Assembly (NCBI GenBank): GCA_964461745.1
Contig: CAYWWF010000001.1
Coordinates: forward strand, 1 to 32,726
Length of the DNA: 32,726 nucleotides
Source of the DNA: an uncultured Oscillospiraceae bacterium
GTDB lineage: Bacteria; Bacillota; Clostridia; Oscillospirales; UBA929
Direction of reading: 5' to 3'
Shown: positions 18,212 through 26,591 of the stretch, piece by piece
How positions within the stretch are numbered: position 1 is the first letter of the stretch
Layout: each line of letters opens with the position of its first letter
Notes under the pieces: generated by a model
The model's database searches: none
Seen by the model: the letters and a program-made list of their open reading frames with translations, nothing else
Told to the model about the DNA's origin: nothing
Program-made: the position numbers and the translations under genes

Positions 18212-18267
18212 TCCCCCGCTGTCGGCGGGGACAACCTAATATGTCCCCCGCCGACAGCGGGGGACAT
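18212..18267. repeat. pair of mutually inverted GC-rich hairpins (tcccccgctgtcggcgggga / tgtcccccgccgacagcgggggaca)
   Basis: 18212-18231 and 18241-18267. Each is self-complementary, and the second core is the reverse complement of the first. Confidence 0.65.
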
Positions 18268-18340
18268 ATACACAAAACAATACCAACCTTGGGGTGTGGC
18301 GATCCACGGCTCAAGGTAAAAGCTTTTTAAGGAGACTTCT

Positions 18341-19114
18341 ATGACCATCTTGGCCATTGGCGATGTCGTCGGCCCGTCGGGGCTTGCAATGGTGGAGGCG
18401 CATTTGTCCGCACTCCGGCGGCTCAAAGCGCCGGATCTCACGATCATCAACGGGGAAAACGCCGACATGCTGGGATTGCGCCCCGAACAGGCCCGCCGTC
18501 TGTTTCAAGCCGGTGCGGATGTTGTTACTCTCGGCAACCACGCTTGGCGGCGGCGTGAAATCATGCCGTTTTGCGAGGAAGAACCTCAGCTTTTGCGTCC
18601 GGCCAACTTTACACAGCGCCACCCCGGGCAGGGGCATGTTGTGGTTCAGACGCCAAAGGGCAAGCATGTGCTCGTCGTGAGTCTTGTCGGGCGCTGTTTT
18701 ATGGACTTTAACGTCGACGATCCGTTTGCCACGGTGGATCATTTGCTAGAAGCATATCCGGCGGACGCTGTCGTTGTGGACATCCACGCCGAGGCCACCA
18801 GTGAAAAGGCGGCGCTGGCGTACCATTTGGACGGGCGCGCCAGCGTGGTCTTTGGGACACATACGCATGTACAAACCGCTGACGAGCAAATTTTGCCGAA
18901 AGGGTTGGGGTTCATCACAGATCTTGGGATGACCGGGCCGTATCAAGACACCGTGCTGGGCGTCAAAAGCGCGCAATCTGTCGCGCATTTCTTAGGCGGG
19001 CCTGCACAGCGCTATGAAATCGCGCCGGGGCCCTGCAAGATGGAGGGCGCCGTGTTTACACTGGACGACAGCGGGAAATGCGTTGCTGTCGAGCGCGTAT
19101 CGATCAGAGATTAG
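18341..19114 (+). CDS. ymdB: YmdB-family metallophosphoesterase (2',3'-cyclic-nucleotide phosphodiesterase)
   Basis: MTILAIGDVVG...IINGENA...VTLGNHAW...DIHAEATSEK...GTHTHVQTAD...DLGMTG: calcineurin-like motifs in the YmdB/TIGR00282 arrangement. AAGGAG RBS. Confidence 0.92.
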   Translation: MTILAIGDVVGPSGLAMVEAHLSALRRLKAPDLTIINGENADMLGLRPEQARRLFQAGADVVTLGNHAWRRREIMPFCEEEPQLLRPANFTQRHPGQGHVVVQTPKGKHVLVVSLVGRCFMDFNVDDPFATVDHLLEAYPADAVVVDIHAEATSEKAALAYHLDGRASVVFGTHTHVQTADEQILPKGLGFITDLGMTGPYQDTVLGVKSAQSVAHFLGGPAQRYEIAPGPCKMEGAVFTLDDSGKCVAVERVSIRD

Positions 19115-20051
19115 GCTTTGGGTTGGCGGTATTGCTCGCCTTTTTCTTCGACAACCGTGCGCCGAGCAGCGTTAGCAAAGAAATGGCATACAGCCAGAAC
19201 AAAAGCCCCAAAAACACACCGAGGATGCCATAGGTGTCCGAGAGGCGCGCGATGCGCACGACATAGAACTCAAACCCCAGGGAGACCGCCAGCCACCCGC
19301 CGCAGGCCGCTGCGGCGCCCGGAAACAACGACCAAAAACGTCGTGAAAACCCGGGCGTGAAGTAGTACAGTGTCATCAGAAACAGAAGCAGACCCAGCGC
19401 CACGGCCGTCCAAGAGAGGATAGAGTACAACAACGACACGTCCACGCGCCCTTGCGATAAAATGGGCATGAGCACCCGGTCACCAAACACGAGTAAGCTC
19501 AGGGAGATGCCGATCAACAGCGTAAAGACGATGGTGAAGGCAATCGCGATGAAGCGTCCGATCAGCGGGGGGCCGTCGTCCCGGCCCGAAAAGCTCTGGT
19601 AGATGCCGCGCATCATCGCCCAGACGGCGTTTGAACCCATCCAGACCGAGATGATGAGGCTGACAAAAGACAAATTGCCCCGGGCCGACGGATGTCGCGG
19701 GGATAGGTTCAATGTGTCAAAAATCAGGTTCTTTATGCTTTCGGGCAGTAAGGGATCCAGACTCTCCGACGGCAAACTGATCTGCAAATTGTGCAAAACA
19801 GAGAGCAAAAAAAGAAAAAATGGCAGCAGTGAGACGGCCAGAAAGAAAGCTGTTTGCGCGGCAAGCCCCATAACCTGGCCGCTGAAGAGGTCAAGGATGG
19901 GTGAGAGCTTTTGGCGCAGCGGCTCCCACTTTTTCAGCAACCAGTCCCACAGGGCCAGCGCTTTGTCCATCACCCGGCGCACCCAAGCGTGCAAGCGGGA
20001 GACGGGCTTGCCGATTGGATCGGGTTTGGAGGCATGTTTCACAAAGAGCAC
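19104..20051 (-). CDS. YihY/BrkB family membrane protein
   Basis: Six hydrophobic helices with family-typical segments (AFFLAVSLLPFFLFLLSVL, YYFTPG...W...PGAAAA...W...S.GF.FYV, YGILGVFLGLLFWLYAISLLTLLGA). The more likely start is GTG 20042, 8 nt after GGAAGG. Its 3' end overlaps the convergent ymdB by 11 bp. Confidence 0.8.
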   Translation of the reverse strand: MLFVKHASKPDPIGKPVSRLHAWVRRVMDKALALWDWLLKKWEPLRQKLSPILDLFSGQVMGLAAQTAFFLAVSLLPFFLFLLSVLHNLQISLPSESLDPLLPESIKNLIFDTLNLSPRHPSARGNLSFVSLIISVWMGSNAVWAMMRGIYQSFSGRDDGPPLIGRFIAIAFTIVFTLLIGISLSLLVFGDRVLMPILSQGRVDVSLLYSILSWTAVALGLLLFLMTLYYFTPGFSRRFWSLFPGAAAACGGWLAVSLGFEFYVVRIARLSDTYGILGVFLGLLFWLYAISLLTLLGARLSKKKASNTANPKPNL

Positions 20052-20494
20052 CTTCCCTTGAGGGATTGGAATTCAAAAATGCGGAGCAAAAATTTTTTTA
20101 TTCTGAGGAATGACAGCAAAAATGAATACAATTCGCCTGCGTTAGGCCTATGTTGTGGTTTGTCCCGATGTTGTATGCAAGCTGTTGAGAGGCTTTCCGG
20201 AACCTGGGGATACACAAAGCACTATGCTTAGTCAAAATATCTCAATGAAGCACTGGACAAACCGTCTATTTTATGATATTCTTATAGAGGGAAATTCTGT
20301 CGTAGGTCATCGGCGTCGATCAAAGGGATGATTTTGAGACAACGAAGGGTTTTTCCTTGCATGGTTTGCTTTGCGGGGGGGATTTGTGGAGGTGACGGGT
20401 AGTACGTTCACCTCTGTTTGTGGTTCTTTGTCTGTACAAACCCCGTTTTTGACTTGCTTTGTATATATCTTCCTTCTCAAGGAGGTCTCCATAC

Positions 20495-22174
20495 ATGAAA
20501 TGGAAGTCACTGTTTGCCGTTGTTCTTTGCATGGCCATAGTCCTGATGAGTTTGCCCGCCTCGGTGCTGGCTTATTCTCCGAACTTTCCGCCGGGGTCTT
20601 TCCCGCCGCCTGGCTTTGATGTCAACCTGACGGACGATACAGATCCTGCGTCCGTGGTGATTTACGACGTGGTGTTTGAAAACGACGTGAATGGCGATCC
20701 GATCATCACCGGACTGGATCAACTCAGCGAAGTCGTAAAGGGAAAATCCAGACTTTACTTCGAAAATGCGCAACCCGGCGATCGGTTCGTCATTGATTTG
20801 CGCATCATCAACCGCGCAAGGAACGGCAACACCCCGGCGACAATCCGGACGGCGCTGCAGTGTCGTCTGCCCGCGCCGCCGTCATTGGACAAGTTCTTCA
20901 TCGGCTTTGAGTACAATGTCTTTGTAGCCGACAGTATGGACGATCTGCGCGAAAACCGAGACTTTGATCAATATCACCGGGTCGACAACCATCTCGAAAA
21001 AAACAAAGTAACCTATTACGCACCCCGGGACATCAAGGACGTCGATAAGAAGCTGTCTGTTTACGGCGCGGTCAACGGCGGCGAGCCGCTGACCATGGCC
21101 ACGATGAATGATCAGGACGCGATCACCTATAACGCTGATATTTTCGGCCAGAACTACTCGATTGGGAATCCGGGCAAATTTGTGGATCTGAAAGAACTTA
21201 AGTATGGGCAGGAAGTGTTTGTCCGCATTTGGATGCACTTCCGCGGCAGCTTAGATTCTCGCGGCGCTGACTTTGAGGGTCCCTTTGATCCTACAAAACT
21301 GGATGACCCAGGCGATGAACAAAGCTACAGTCAAAGTCAAAACGCGTGGATGGATCAAACCGCCAACATCCAGTGGTACCTCCAAGGCGAATGTCTGACT
21401 GAGCCAGAGACTCCTCCGAGCGATCCGCCGACCAATCCCCCAACCTTCACTGCCGACTACTTGGTTCGTTTTGTCACCGACACCGGCGTGATTTTGGCCG
21501 AGCGTCCCTTCCGAGGCTATGCCATCGGCAGCTCTGTGAGTTACCGCTACAACCCCGCGACCGACACCTTCCCCGATTGGAACTTTACGGGTACATACCG
21601 TCCGTCAAGCCGAATTGAAAGACTGGCGTATGAAGTCTTGCCGAAGGGCGATGCGTTCTTGATGGACGGCACCGACCACGGTTTGGAGAAGAACATCATC
21701 ACACTGGTCTACGCCCAGGGAGATACCGGTTACATCGTACGATTTGTCGATGAAGACCTGAACCCCATCCAGGCAGACCGCCGTATGCCCGGCTCGGTAC
21801 GCGCCGGGGAAAGCCTGACTTACGAATACAACGCGTTGATGGATGCTGTGCAGGGGTACACCTACCTGCGTTCCATACCCGCCGACGGCACCATTGAGCT
21901 CAAAGCCTCCATGGACGAAAACGTGATCCTGCTCGTATACCGTGTCTTGCCGGAGGAAGAAGTGAATCCCACCGAGGGGCCGCTGGCGCCGCCCACCGGA
22001 GACATCGATGTAGAGCCCAATCGGCCTCCGACAGAAAACCCAATGACCGGCGGTTTTGACCTCTTTAGTCTCTTCTTTGTCGGCTTGGGGCTGGCCGTTC
22101 TCGGTTTCTTGTACCAGGCCGGTGCCCGCCGCAAGGAGAAGAAAGCGGTCGAGACAAAACCCGAAGAGAAATAG
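20495..22174 (+). CDS. secreted cell-wall-anchored protein with two MucBP-like repeats and an NPMTG-type sorting signal
   Basis: Signal peptide MKWKSLFAVVLCMAIVLMSLPASVLA (ATG 20495 after AAGGAGG). It has two ~85-aa repeats, Y(L/I)VRFV(T/D)...(T/L)LVY. The C-terminus is NPMTG (22037-22051), then a hydrophobic helix, then RRKEKK. Confidence 0.8.
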   Translation: MKWKSLFAVVLCMAIVLMSLPASVLAYSPNFPPGSFPPPGFDVNLTDDTDPASVVIYDVVFENDVNGDPIITGLDQLSEVVKGKSRLYFENAQPGDRFVIDLRIINRARNGNTPATIRTALQCRLPAPPSLDKFFIGFEYNVFVADSMDDLRENRDFDQYHRVDNHLEKNKVTYYAPRDIKDVDKKLSVYGAVNGGEPLTMATMNDQDAITYNADIFGQNYSIGNPGKFVDLKELKYGQEVFVRIWMHFRGSLDSRGADFEGPFDPTKLDDPGDEQSYSQSQNAWMDQTANIQWYLQGECLTEPETPPSDPPTNPPTFTADYLVRFVTDTGVILAERPFRGYAIGSSVSYRYNPATDTFPDWNFTGTYRPSSRIERLAYEVLPKGDAFLMDGTDHGLEKNIITLVYAQGDTGYIVRFVDEDLNPIQADRRMPGSVRAGESLTYEYNALMDAVQGYTYLRSIPADGTIELKASMDENVILLVYRVLPEEEVNPTEGPLAPPTGDIDVEPNRPPTENPMTGGFDLFSLFFVGLGLAVLGFLYQAGARRKEKKAVETKPEEK

Positions 22175-22189
22175 TTTAAAATGACACAG

Positions 22190-22223
22190 AAAGTGGGCGC
22201 GCGCGGTGCGCCCACTTTTTTTC
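22190..22223 (+). terminator. intrinsic terminator
   Basis: AAAGTGGGCGC (22190-22200) pairs with GCGCCCACTTT (22208-22218), with a T-run continuing to about 22222. Confidence 0.85.
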
Positions 22224-22335
22224 TGAGGCTATGGCACTGCATGGTGATGCACCGTCGTGGGCACGATCCCTTTTCTCCGCCGTGGGCGGGGGCCCACAAT
22301 TACCCCAAAAAAGGCGAAGATAAAGGAGCATTCTT

Positions 22336-23262
22336 ATGGATTGGATGGAAGTGCGCTTGACTACTTTGCCCGAACGACTGGAGACGCTCACGGCTCGGCT
22401 GGTCGCGGAGGGCTTTGAAAGTTTTCAAGTCGAGGACAGGGCCGATTTTCAAGTCTTCTTGCAGGAGCGCCCGCAGTGGGAAGAGGTGGACGCGTCGTTG
22501 ATGGCACAGTTTGACGAGAAGAGCCGAGTGACGCTGTATCTGGCCGATGATGCGCGCCTGTCCGCTGATTTGGAGCGCTTGTTTGCGCTGTGTGTCGACG
22601 AAGACACGCTGGAGACCCGGCGGGTCTCCGACGAGACCTGGGCAGAAAACTGGAAGGCGTATTACAAGCCGGTGCCCGTCGGAGAGAAGCTTTTGATTTT
22701 GCCGGCCTGGGAGACCCTAGACAACCCCGAGGGGCGTGTTGTGTTCAAAAACCAGCCGGGACTGTGTTTTGGTACCGGTGAGCACGAGACCACAAGGCTC
22801 TGTTTGGAGGCGTTGGAACGGCATATTCGTCCGGGTATGCAGGTCTTGGACATCGGCAGCGGCAGCGGCATATTGTTCATTTGCGCGCTGCTATTGGGCG
22901 CGAAGTCCGCCGTGGCGGTGGACATCGATCCGCAGGCCGCCGTCGTGGCCCGCGAAAACGCCGCCGACAACGGGGTGCTCGCGCGCGCCACAATCCGGGC
23001 CGGAAACCTGCTCGAGGAAGAGGAGGTCGAGGGTACGCCGTTTGACCTTGTTTGCTCCAACATTGTCGCCGACATTGTCTCGGCTTTGTCGCCGAAGGTG
23101 TGGCGCTTTTTGGTTCCGGGCGGCAGATGGCTCGTGTCCGGCGTGATTTCGGCGTACCGCGAACAATTTTTGACGGCGGCGGAAAAAATGGGTTTCTCCC
23201 TAGAAGAAGAAACCCATAAAAACGATTGGTATTGTTTTGTCTGTCGGAAGCCGGAGCAATGA
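22336..23262 (+). CDS. prmA: ribosomal protein L11 methyltransferase
   Basis: FGTGEHETTRLCLEALE, SAM motif VLDIGSGSGIL, NIVADI. AAAGGAG RBS 8 nt upstream. Confidence 0.93.
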   Translation: MDWMEVRLTTLPERLETLTARLVAEGFESFQVEDRADFQVFLQERPQWEEVDASLMAQFDEKSRVTLYLADDARLSADLERLFALCVDEDTLETRRVSDETWAENWKAYYKPVPVGEKLLILPAWETLDNPEGRVVFKNQPGLCFGTGEHETTRLCLEALERHIRPGMQVLDIGSGSGILFICALLLGAKSAVAVDIDPQAAVVARENAADNGVLARATIRAGNLLEEEEVEGTPFDLVCSNIVADIVSALSPKVWRFLVPGGRWLVSGVISAYREQFLTAAEKMGFSLEEETHKNDWYCFVCRKPEQ

Positions 23263-23272
23263 GCATTTGCCG

Positions 23273-23734
23273 TCAACCGGACAATGGACTCCAGAGCGTC
23301 AGTTGACCCGGTGGGGCCCAGTCCGGCAGGGTGGTGTGGCTGAGTAGGCACAGATAGGTGACGCCGTTGTATACGCGGCGATCACCAGCTGTCACGGCTT
23401 CATAAGGCGTCCACGGCAGCGTCTGACCTTCGCTGGGAACTTGTACAATGCAAAACAGGTTGATCGCGCGGTCGGGGGACCAGTTCACTTGGCTCTCGTG
23501 CGGCTGCGTGACGCGGTACAGTTTGTTTTCGTGCCGCAGTACGTCGCCGATGCGGTAGGAGACGCCGGTGGTCCAATCGGGATACAAGGGTTCTAGGGCA
23601 CAGATGTCGTTGTCGGTGAGTTTGTTCTCCGACACCAGCGCGCGGGATAAGATTTTGATGCTTTCGGCCGCCCGTAGCCCTTGGCGCAGCGCTTCGGCAA
23701 CACGTTCGGCTTTGATGAGCAGTTCTTCGTTCAT
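23273..23734 (-). CDS. hypothetical protein with two CBM5/12-like (chitin-binding type 3-like) repeats
   Basis: The N-terminus is helical. Two repeats follow, of the form W-x(3-5)-Y-x-GD-x-V-x(4-6)-Y-x(5-8)-H-x(5-7)-W-x-P-x(4-7)-LW/LF (WTTGVSYRIGDVLRHENKLYRVTQPHESQVNWSP...; WTPYEAVTAGDRRVYNGVTYLCLLSHTTLPDWAPPGQLTLW). GGAGG RBS. ATGA start/stop overlap with the upstream gene. Confidence 0.6.
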   Translation of the reverse strand: MNEELLIKAERVAEALRQGLRAAESIKILSRALVSENKLTDNDICALEPLYPDWTTGVSYRIGDVLRHENKLYRVTQPHESQVNWSPDRAINLFCIVQVPSEGQTLPWTPYEAVTAGDRRVYNGVTYLCLLSHTTLPDWAPPGQLTLWSPLSG

Positions 23735-23913
23735 GAGAGCGCCTCCAACAGAAGATTTTGTATGGTTTCCAGGGCTTCCACGCGGGTGATCAGCGGCGGG
23801 CCCGGCGGCTCTCTGTTTTCAAGGGCTTCGCGCGCCATGGTTTCTTCGGGCGTCTCTTCGCGTATGCTGACAACCTGTGAGGTCGGGGAAACCCGGATTA
23901 CGGTTTTCTCCAT
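23731..23913 (-). CDS. small hypothetical protein (60 aa)
   Basis: MEKTVIRVSPTSQVVSIREETPEETMAREALENREPPGPPLITRVEALETIQNLLLEALS. ATG at 23913 after GAGAGG. Its stop overlaps the next start (ATGA at 23734-23731), suggesting translational coupling. The longer track ORF (to 24165) runs through an intergenic hairpin. Confidence 0.5.
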   Translation of the reverse strand: MEKTVIRVSPTSQVVSIREETPEETMAREALENREPPGPPLITRVEALETIQNLLLEALS

Positions 23914-24043
23914 AGATGTATTCCTCTCTTTGCTTCGCCCCAAAACTGAGGTTTTGGGGCGATAATAGTAAGAAGAAGTTTTTCCGGAAATTGAATACCC
24001 CGAAAAAACAATGGGTAATAGGTATAATACGAAACCTGTTGTG

Positions 24044-25720
24044 CTAGCAGCCGTAAACCTCAATCTGTCCGGTGGTGTCAAAGTAAGGGTGCCAGGTATG
24101 TAGGCTGATGAGGTCTTGTGGCCGGGTGCGAGCGTAAAAGAACGACGTAGAAAACAGAGCCGCATCGCTGAAGGCGGTGTCTGCCCCCTGAAAGGCTAAC
24201 TTGGCCTCGCCCAGCACAGTCGAATCTGTCAGTTGCATCTGAATGCAACAGGTGATGCTGTCCAGCGGCGTGTAAGGGGTGTTGCTGAGTAGAACCACTT
24301 CGCTCTCATAGTATAGGTAGGCATAAGAGCCCATGCCGGGATATTCACTCGTTGTGACATACTGATAGGTCGCATCGTTGTCAAAGGTCATGTAGAGCGT
24401 CGAAATTGGATTGACCTTGACCAGAATCAGCAGATAGTTGAGCTGGTTGAGTCCAGGGATCTCAAGATCCAGTTGAGACGCGACAGAGGGCACTTGAAAA
24501 CTGAGCAAATGGCGTAAACCACCGTATGGGCCGCCCTCGCCGTCACCTGGGTCGCCCTTGGGCCCTTGGGGGCCCGTTGGGCCTATTGGGCCAGTTGGGC
24601 CAGTGGGGCCAGTGGGGCCGATAGACCCGGTTGGGCCTATTGGGCCAGGATTTCCCATATCGCCTTTGGGGCCGGTAAGGCCGATAGACCCTGTCGGGCC
24701 TGTTGGGCCGGGATTCCCTGTATCGCCTTTTGGGCCGGTGGGGCCTTGCAAACCCGATGGGCCTGTAGGGCCTGTGGGGCCAGTAGACCCGGTTGGGCCC
24801 GTTGGGCCGGGATTTCCCGTATCGCCTTTGGCGCCGGTAAGGCCTTGCAAACCCGAGGGGCCTGTGGGGCCAGTAGACCCGGTTGGGCCCGTTGGGCCGG
24901 TAGGCCCGGTAGGCCCGGTAGGCCCGGTAGGCCCGGTAGGCCCGGTAGGCCCGGTTGGCCCGGGGACACTGTCTCCGCTGCCGACACCAGGATCGCCCTT
25001 GGGTCCCTGTGGGCCGGTGGGGCCTGTATCGCCCTTGGCTCCGGTTGGCCCGGTGGTTCCTTGCAGACCTATTGGGCCTTGCGGACCAGTAGGACCAGTA
25101 GGCCCGGTAGGCCCGACTGGCCCAGGCTCGCCCGGATCACCTTTAGGCCCTGTGGGGCCAGCGGGGCCTACGCCGCCTACGCCGGTTCCAGCGTCGGAGA
25201 CACTGACTGAATCGACCAGGTTGTTTTGCGCGTTGAAAAACTTGAGTTCATCTGCTTCCCGTGTTACGGATAAAAACGCGCCATCCCGAACCGAAGGCCA
25301 AGCTTCGTCGGTTGTGGGGTTCGGTGATCCGACAGAATCCGGACAGACAGTCTCTCTCGGAGGGCAGGGAAAAGGCGGTGGGAAAGCGCCATGGGGCAGC
25401 GGGCTTTCGAACCAAATGCTCAGTTTGCCCGAGCGAACGGTGGCGTCCGAGCCCGCCGCGTCGGACAATTCGGTGAAAATCAACTGGACGGTTACGCAGG
25501 GGTTGTTTGTAATTGTGCGCGGAAGCGGAAACAGGAGGCCGTCTAGGTCATACTTGTGTAACCCACTGCTTGTGGAAAAAGCGATTTGCTTTTTGGCACC
25601 CATCAAGGTTTCTGGTACGGTGATCGCCAAAACTTCGGACAGGTGGTCGCCCATGCAACCCCAACGTGTGAGCGGACAAGTCAAAGTGTAATCGCTTTGC
25701 ATTGTGAGCGGTATGGTCAA
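24044..25720 (-). CDS. collagen-like triple-helix repeat protein (fibre-like; N- and C-terminal domains of unknown family)
   Basis: About 183-aa N-domain. About 210 aa of Gly-X-Y follow ([28 protein letters not shown]...) with one break (VGSGDSVP). A ~160-aa C-domain ends ...[12 protein letters not shown]. Start is TTG 25720 (AAGGGGG upstream) or ATG 25702. Confidence 0.85.
   Translation of the reverse strand: MTIPLTMQSDYTLTCPLTRWGCMGDHLSEVLAITVPETLMGAKKQIAFSTSSGLHKYDLDGLLFPLPRTITNNPCVTVQLIFTELSDAAGSDATVRSGKLSIWFESPLPHGAFPPPFPCPPRETVCPDSVGSPNPTTDEAWPSVRDGAFLSVTREADELKFFNAQNNLVDSVSVSDAGTGVGGVGPAGPTGPKGDPGEPGPVGPTGPTGPTGPQGPIGLQGTTGPTGAKGDTGPTGPQGPKGDPGVGSGDSVPGPTGPTGPTGPTGPTGPTGPTGPTGPTGSTGPTGPSGLQGLTGAKGDTGNPGPTGPTGSTGPTGPTGPSGLQGPTGPKGDTGNPGPTGPTGSIGLTGPKGDMGNPGPIGPTGSIGPTGPTGPTGPIGPTGPQGPKGDPGDGEGGPYGGLRHLLSFQVPSVASQLDLEIPGLNQLNYLLILVKVNPISTLYMTFDNDATYQYVTTSEYPGMGSYAYLYYESEVVLLSNTPYTPLDSITCCIQMQLTDSTVLGEAKLAFQGADTAFSDAALFSTSFFYARTRPQDLISLHTWHPYFDTTGQIEVYGC
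24539..25171. repeat. intragenic collagen triplet repeats
   Basis: 9-bp GPT periodicity, including a run of ggcccggta units at about 24895-24950, plus longer repeated [23 protein letters not shown] units. This is the source of the shadow ORFs 24558..25691(+), 24566..25210(+) and 24637..24987(-). Confidence 0.9.
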
Positions 25721-25726
25721 AGTGCC

Positions 25727-26023
25727 CTACCCCCTTGCCGAAGTCTTGTCGGTGTGATTTGATTGGGGCATAAAACAAGGTACGTTGTGGTGACAGTGGT
25801 GTTGCTCATTCGGTGATTTTTTGTCCAAAAAAATTTGCGCCAGCTCCATCATGGATTTGTTTAAGGCGCAGGATAAATCGCAGAGATCTGCCAAAATGGG
25901 GATCTGTTTTCCCGAAACGATACGCTGAAGCTTCTGTCTACCCCAACCCATGTGGCGCGAGAGAGCGGAAATGCTTCCATACTGGCCGCAAATCCAGCCG
26001 CGCAGTTTTTGTTTACCTGTCAT
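25727..26023 (-). CDS. Cro-like XRE-family HTH protein
   Basis: MTGKQKLRGWICGQYGSISALSRHMGWGRQKLQRIVSGKQIPILADLCDLSCALNKSMMELAQIFL shows an HTH_3-like pattern. ATG 26023 lies 7 nt after GAGGAGG. It sits immediately upstream of the collagen-like gene and in the same direction. Confidence 0.65.
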   Translation of the reverse strand: MTGKQKLRGWICGQYGSISALSRHMGWGRQKLQRIVSGKQIPILADLCDLSCALNKSMMELAQIFLDKKSPNEQHHCHHNVPCFMPQSNHTDKTSARG

Positions 26024-26061
26024 GATGTTTCCTCCTCTGTTGCTCAACTGGTGATATTGAG

Positions 26062-26090
26062 AGGATACCACAACATCTTGTTGTTGTCAA
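26062..26090 (-). promoter_or_regulatory. leftward promoter TTGACA-17-TATCCT
   Basis: Minus strand: TTGACA (26090..26085), 17-nt spacer containing the palindrome CAACA-TCT-TGTTG (26071-26083), then TATCCT (26067..26062). Confidence 0.5.
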
Positions 26091-26129
26091 GCGTTCGGTG
26101 ACATATTTTGAAAAATTTTCTTATAAGTG

Positions 26130-26158
26130 TTGCGTTTGGTGACACACTATGATATATT
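26130..26158 (+). promoter_or_regulatory. rightward promoter TTGCGT-17-TATATT (TGn-extended)
   Basis: TTGCGT 26130-26135, spacer 26136-26152 ending TGA, TATATT 26153-26158. It overlaps one copy of the GCGTTyGGTGACAyA repeat. Confidence 0.55.
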
Positions 26159-26193
26159 GTTCGTGATGACTCGTTGGAACGGAGAGATTGTCC

Positions 26194-26568
26194 ATGAATG
26201 ATTTTTCCACCTTTGGACAGCGGTTGAGAACCGTGCGTAAACTGAAAAAAATGACACTTGAGGACATGGCCCAGCTCTGTGGAACCTCAAAACAAGTGCT
26301 CAGTCGTTACGAAAACGGACAAAGGACACCCAAGGTGACCACGGCGCAAAAGTATGCCGAACTGTTGGGGGTTCCTTTGGCATATTTTCTGGGTGAGGCT
26401 GAGATGCCATCCGAGTCCGCCACTGGGCGGGAAGAAGTGTATACGATGTCCATCATCGGACGGGGCGGCGCGCAACAGACCTATCATTTGACGCCGAACG
26501 AAGCCGATAAATTGCTGCTGCTGCTCGAGGTGTTGGAGCCCCAATTCCCGCGCATTCAGCTGGACTGA
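26194..26568 (+). CDS. XRE-family HTH repressor (ImmR/CI-like)
   Basis: FGQRLRTVRKLKKMTLEDMAQLCGTSKQVLSRYENGQRTPKVTTAQKYAELLGVPLAYFLGE is a classic HTH_3 pattern. ATG 26194 lies 7 nt after GGAGAG. Confidence 0.88.
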   Translation: MNDFSTFGQRLRTVRKLKKMTLEDMAQLCGTSKQVLSRYENGQRTPKVTTAQKYAELLGVPLAYFLGEAEMPSESATGREEVYTMSIIGRGGAQQTYHLTPNEADKLLLLLEVLEPQFPRIQLD

Positions 26569-26591
26569 CACCCGCAAGGTGGTGAAGCCGT

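Noticed and set aside
16635-18314. 559-aa ORF antisense to the 3' third of the LRR/SLH gene
   Set aside because: The sense frame carries three textbook SLH domains and LRR repeats. The antisense translation is Arg/Gly/His-rich with no motifs. It also runs through the downstream hairpins.
19104-19114. 11-bp overlap of the convergent ymdB and yihY-family 3' ends
   Set aside because: This is real in the sequence but a common compact arrangement. I see no evidence of special regulation.
24558-25691. 377-aa and 214-aa + strand ORFs and a 116-aa minus ORF inside the second collagen-like gene
   Set aside because: Same repeat-shadow artefact. There is no RBS and no non-repetitive domain.
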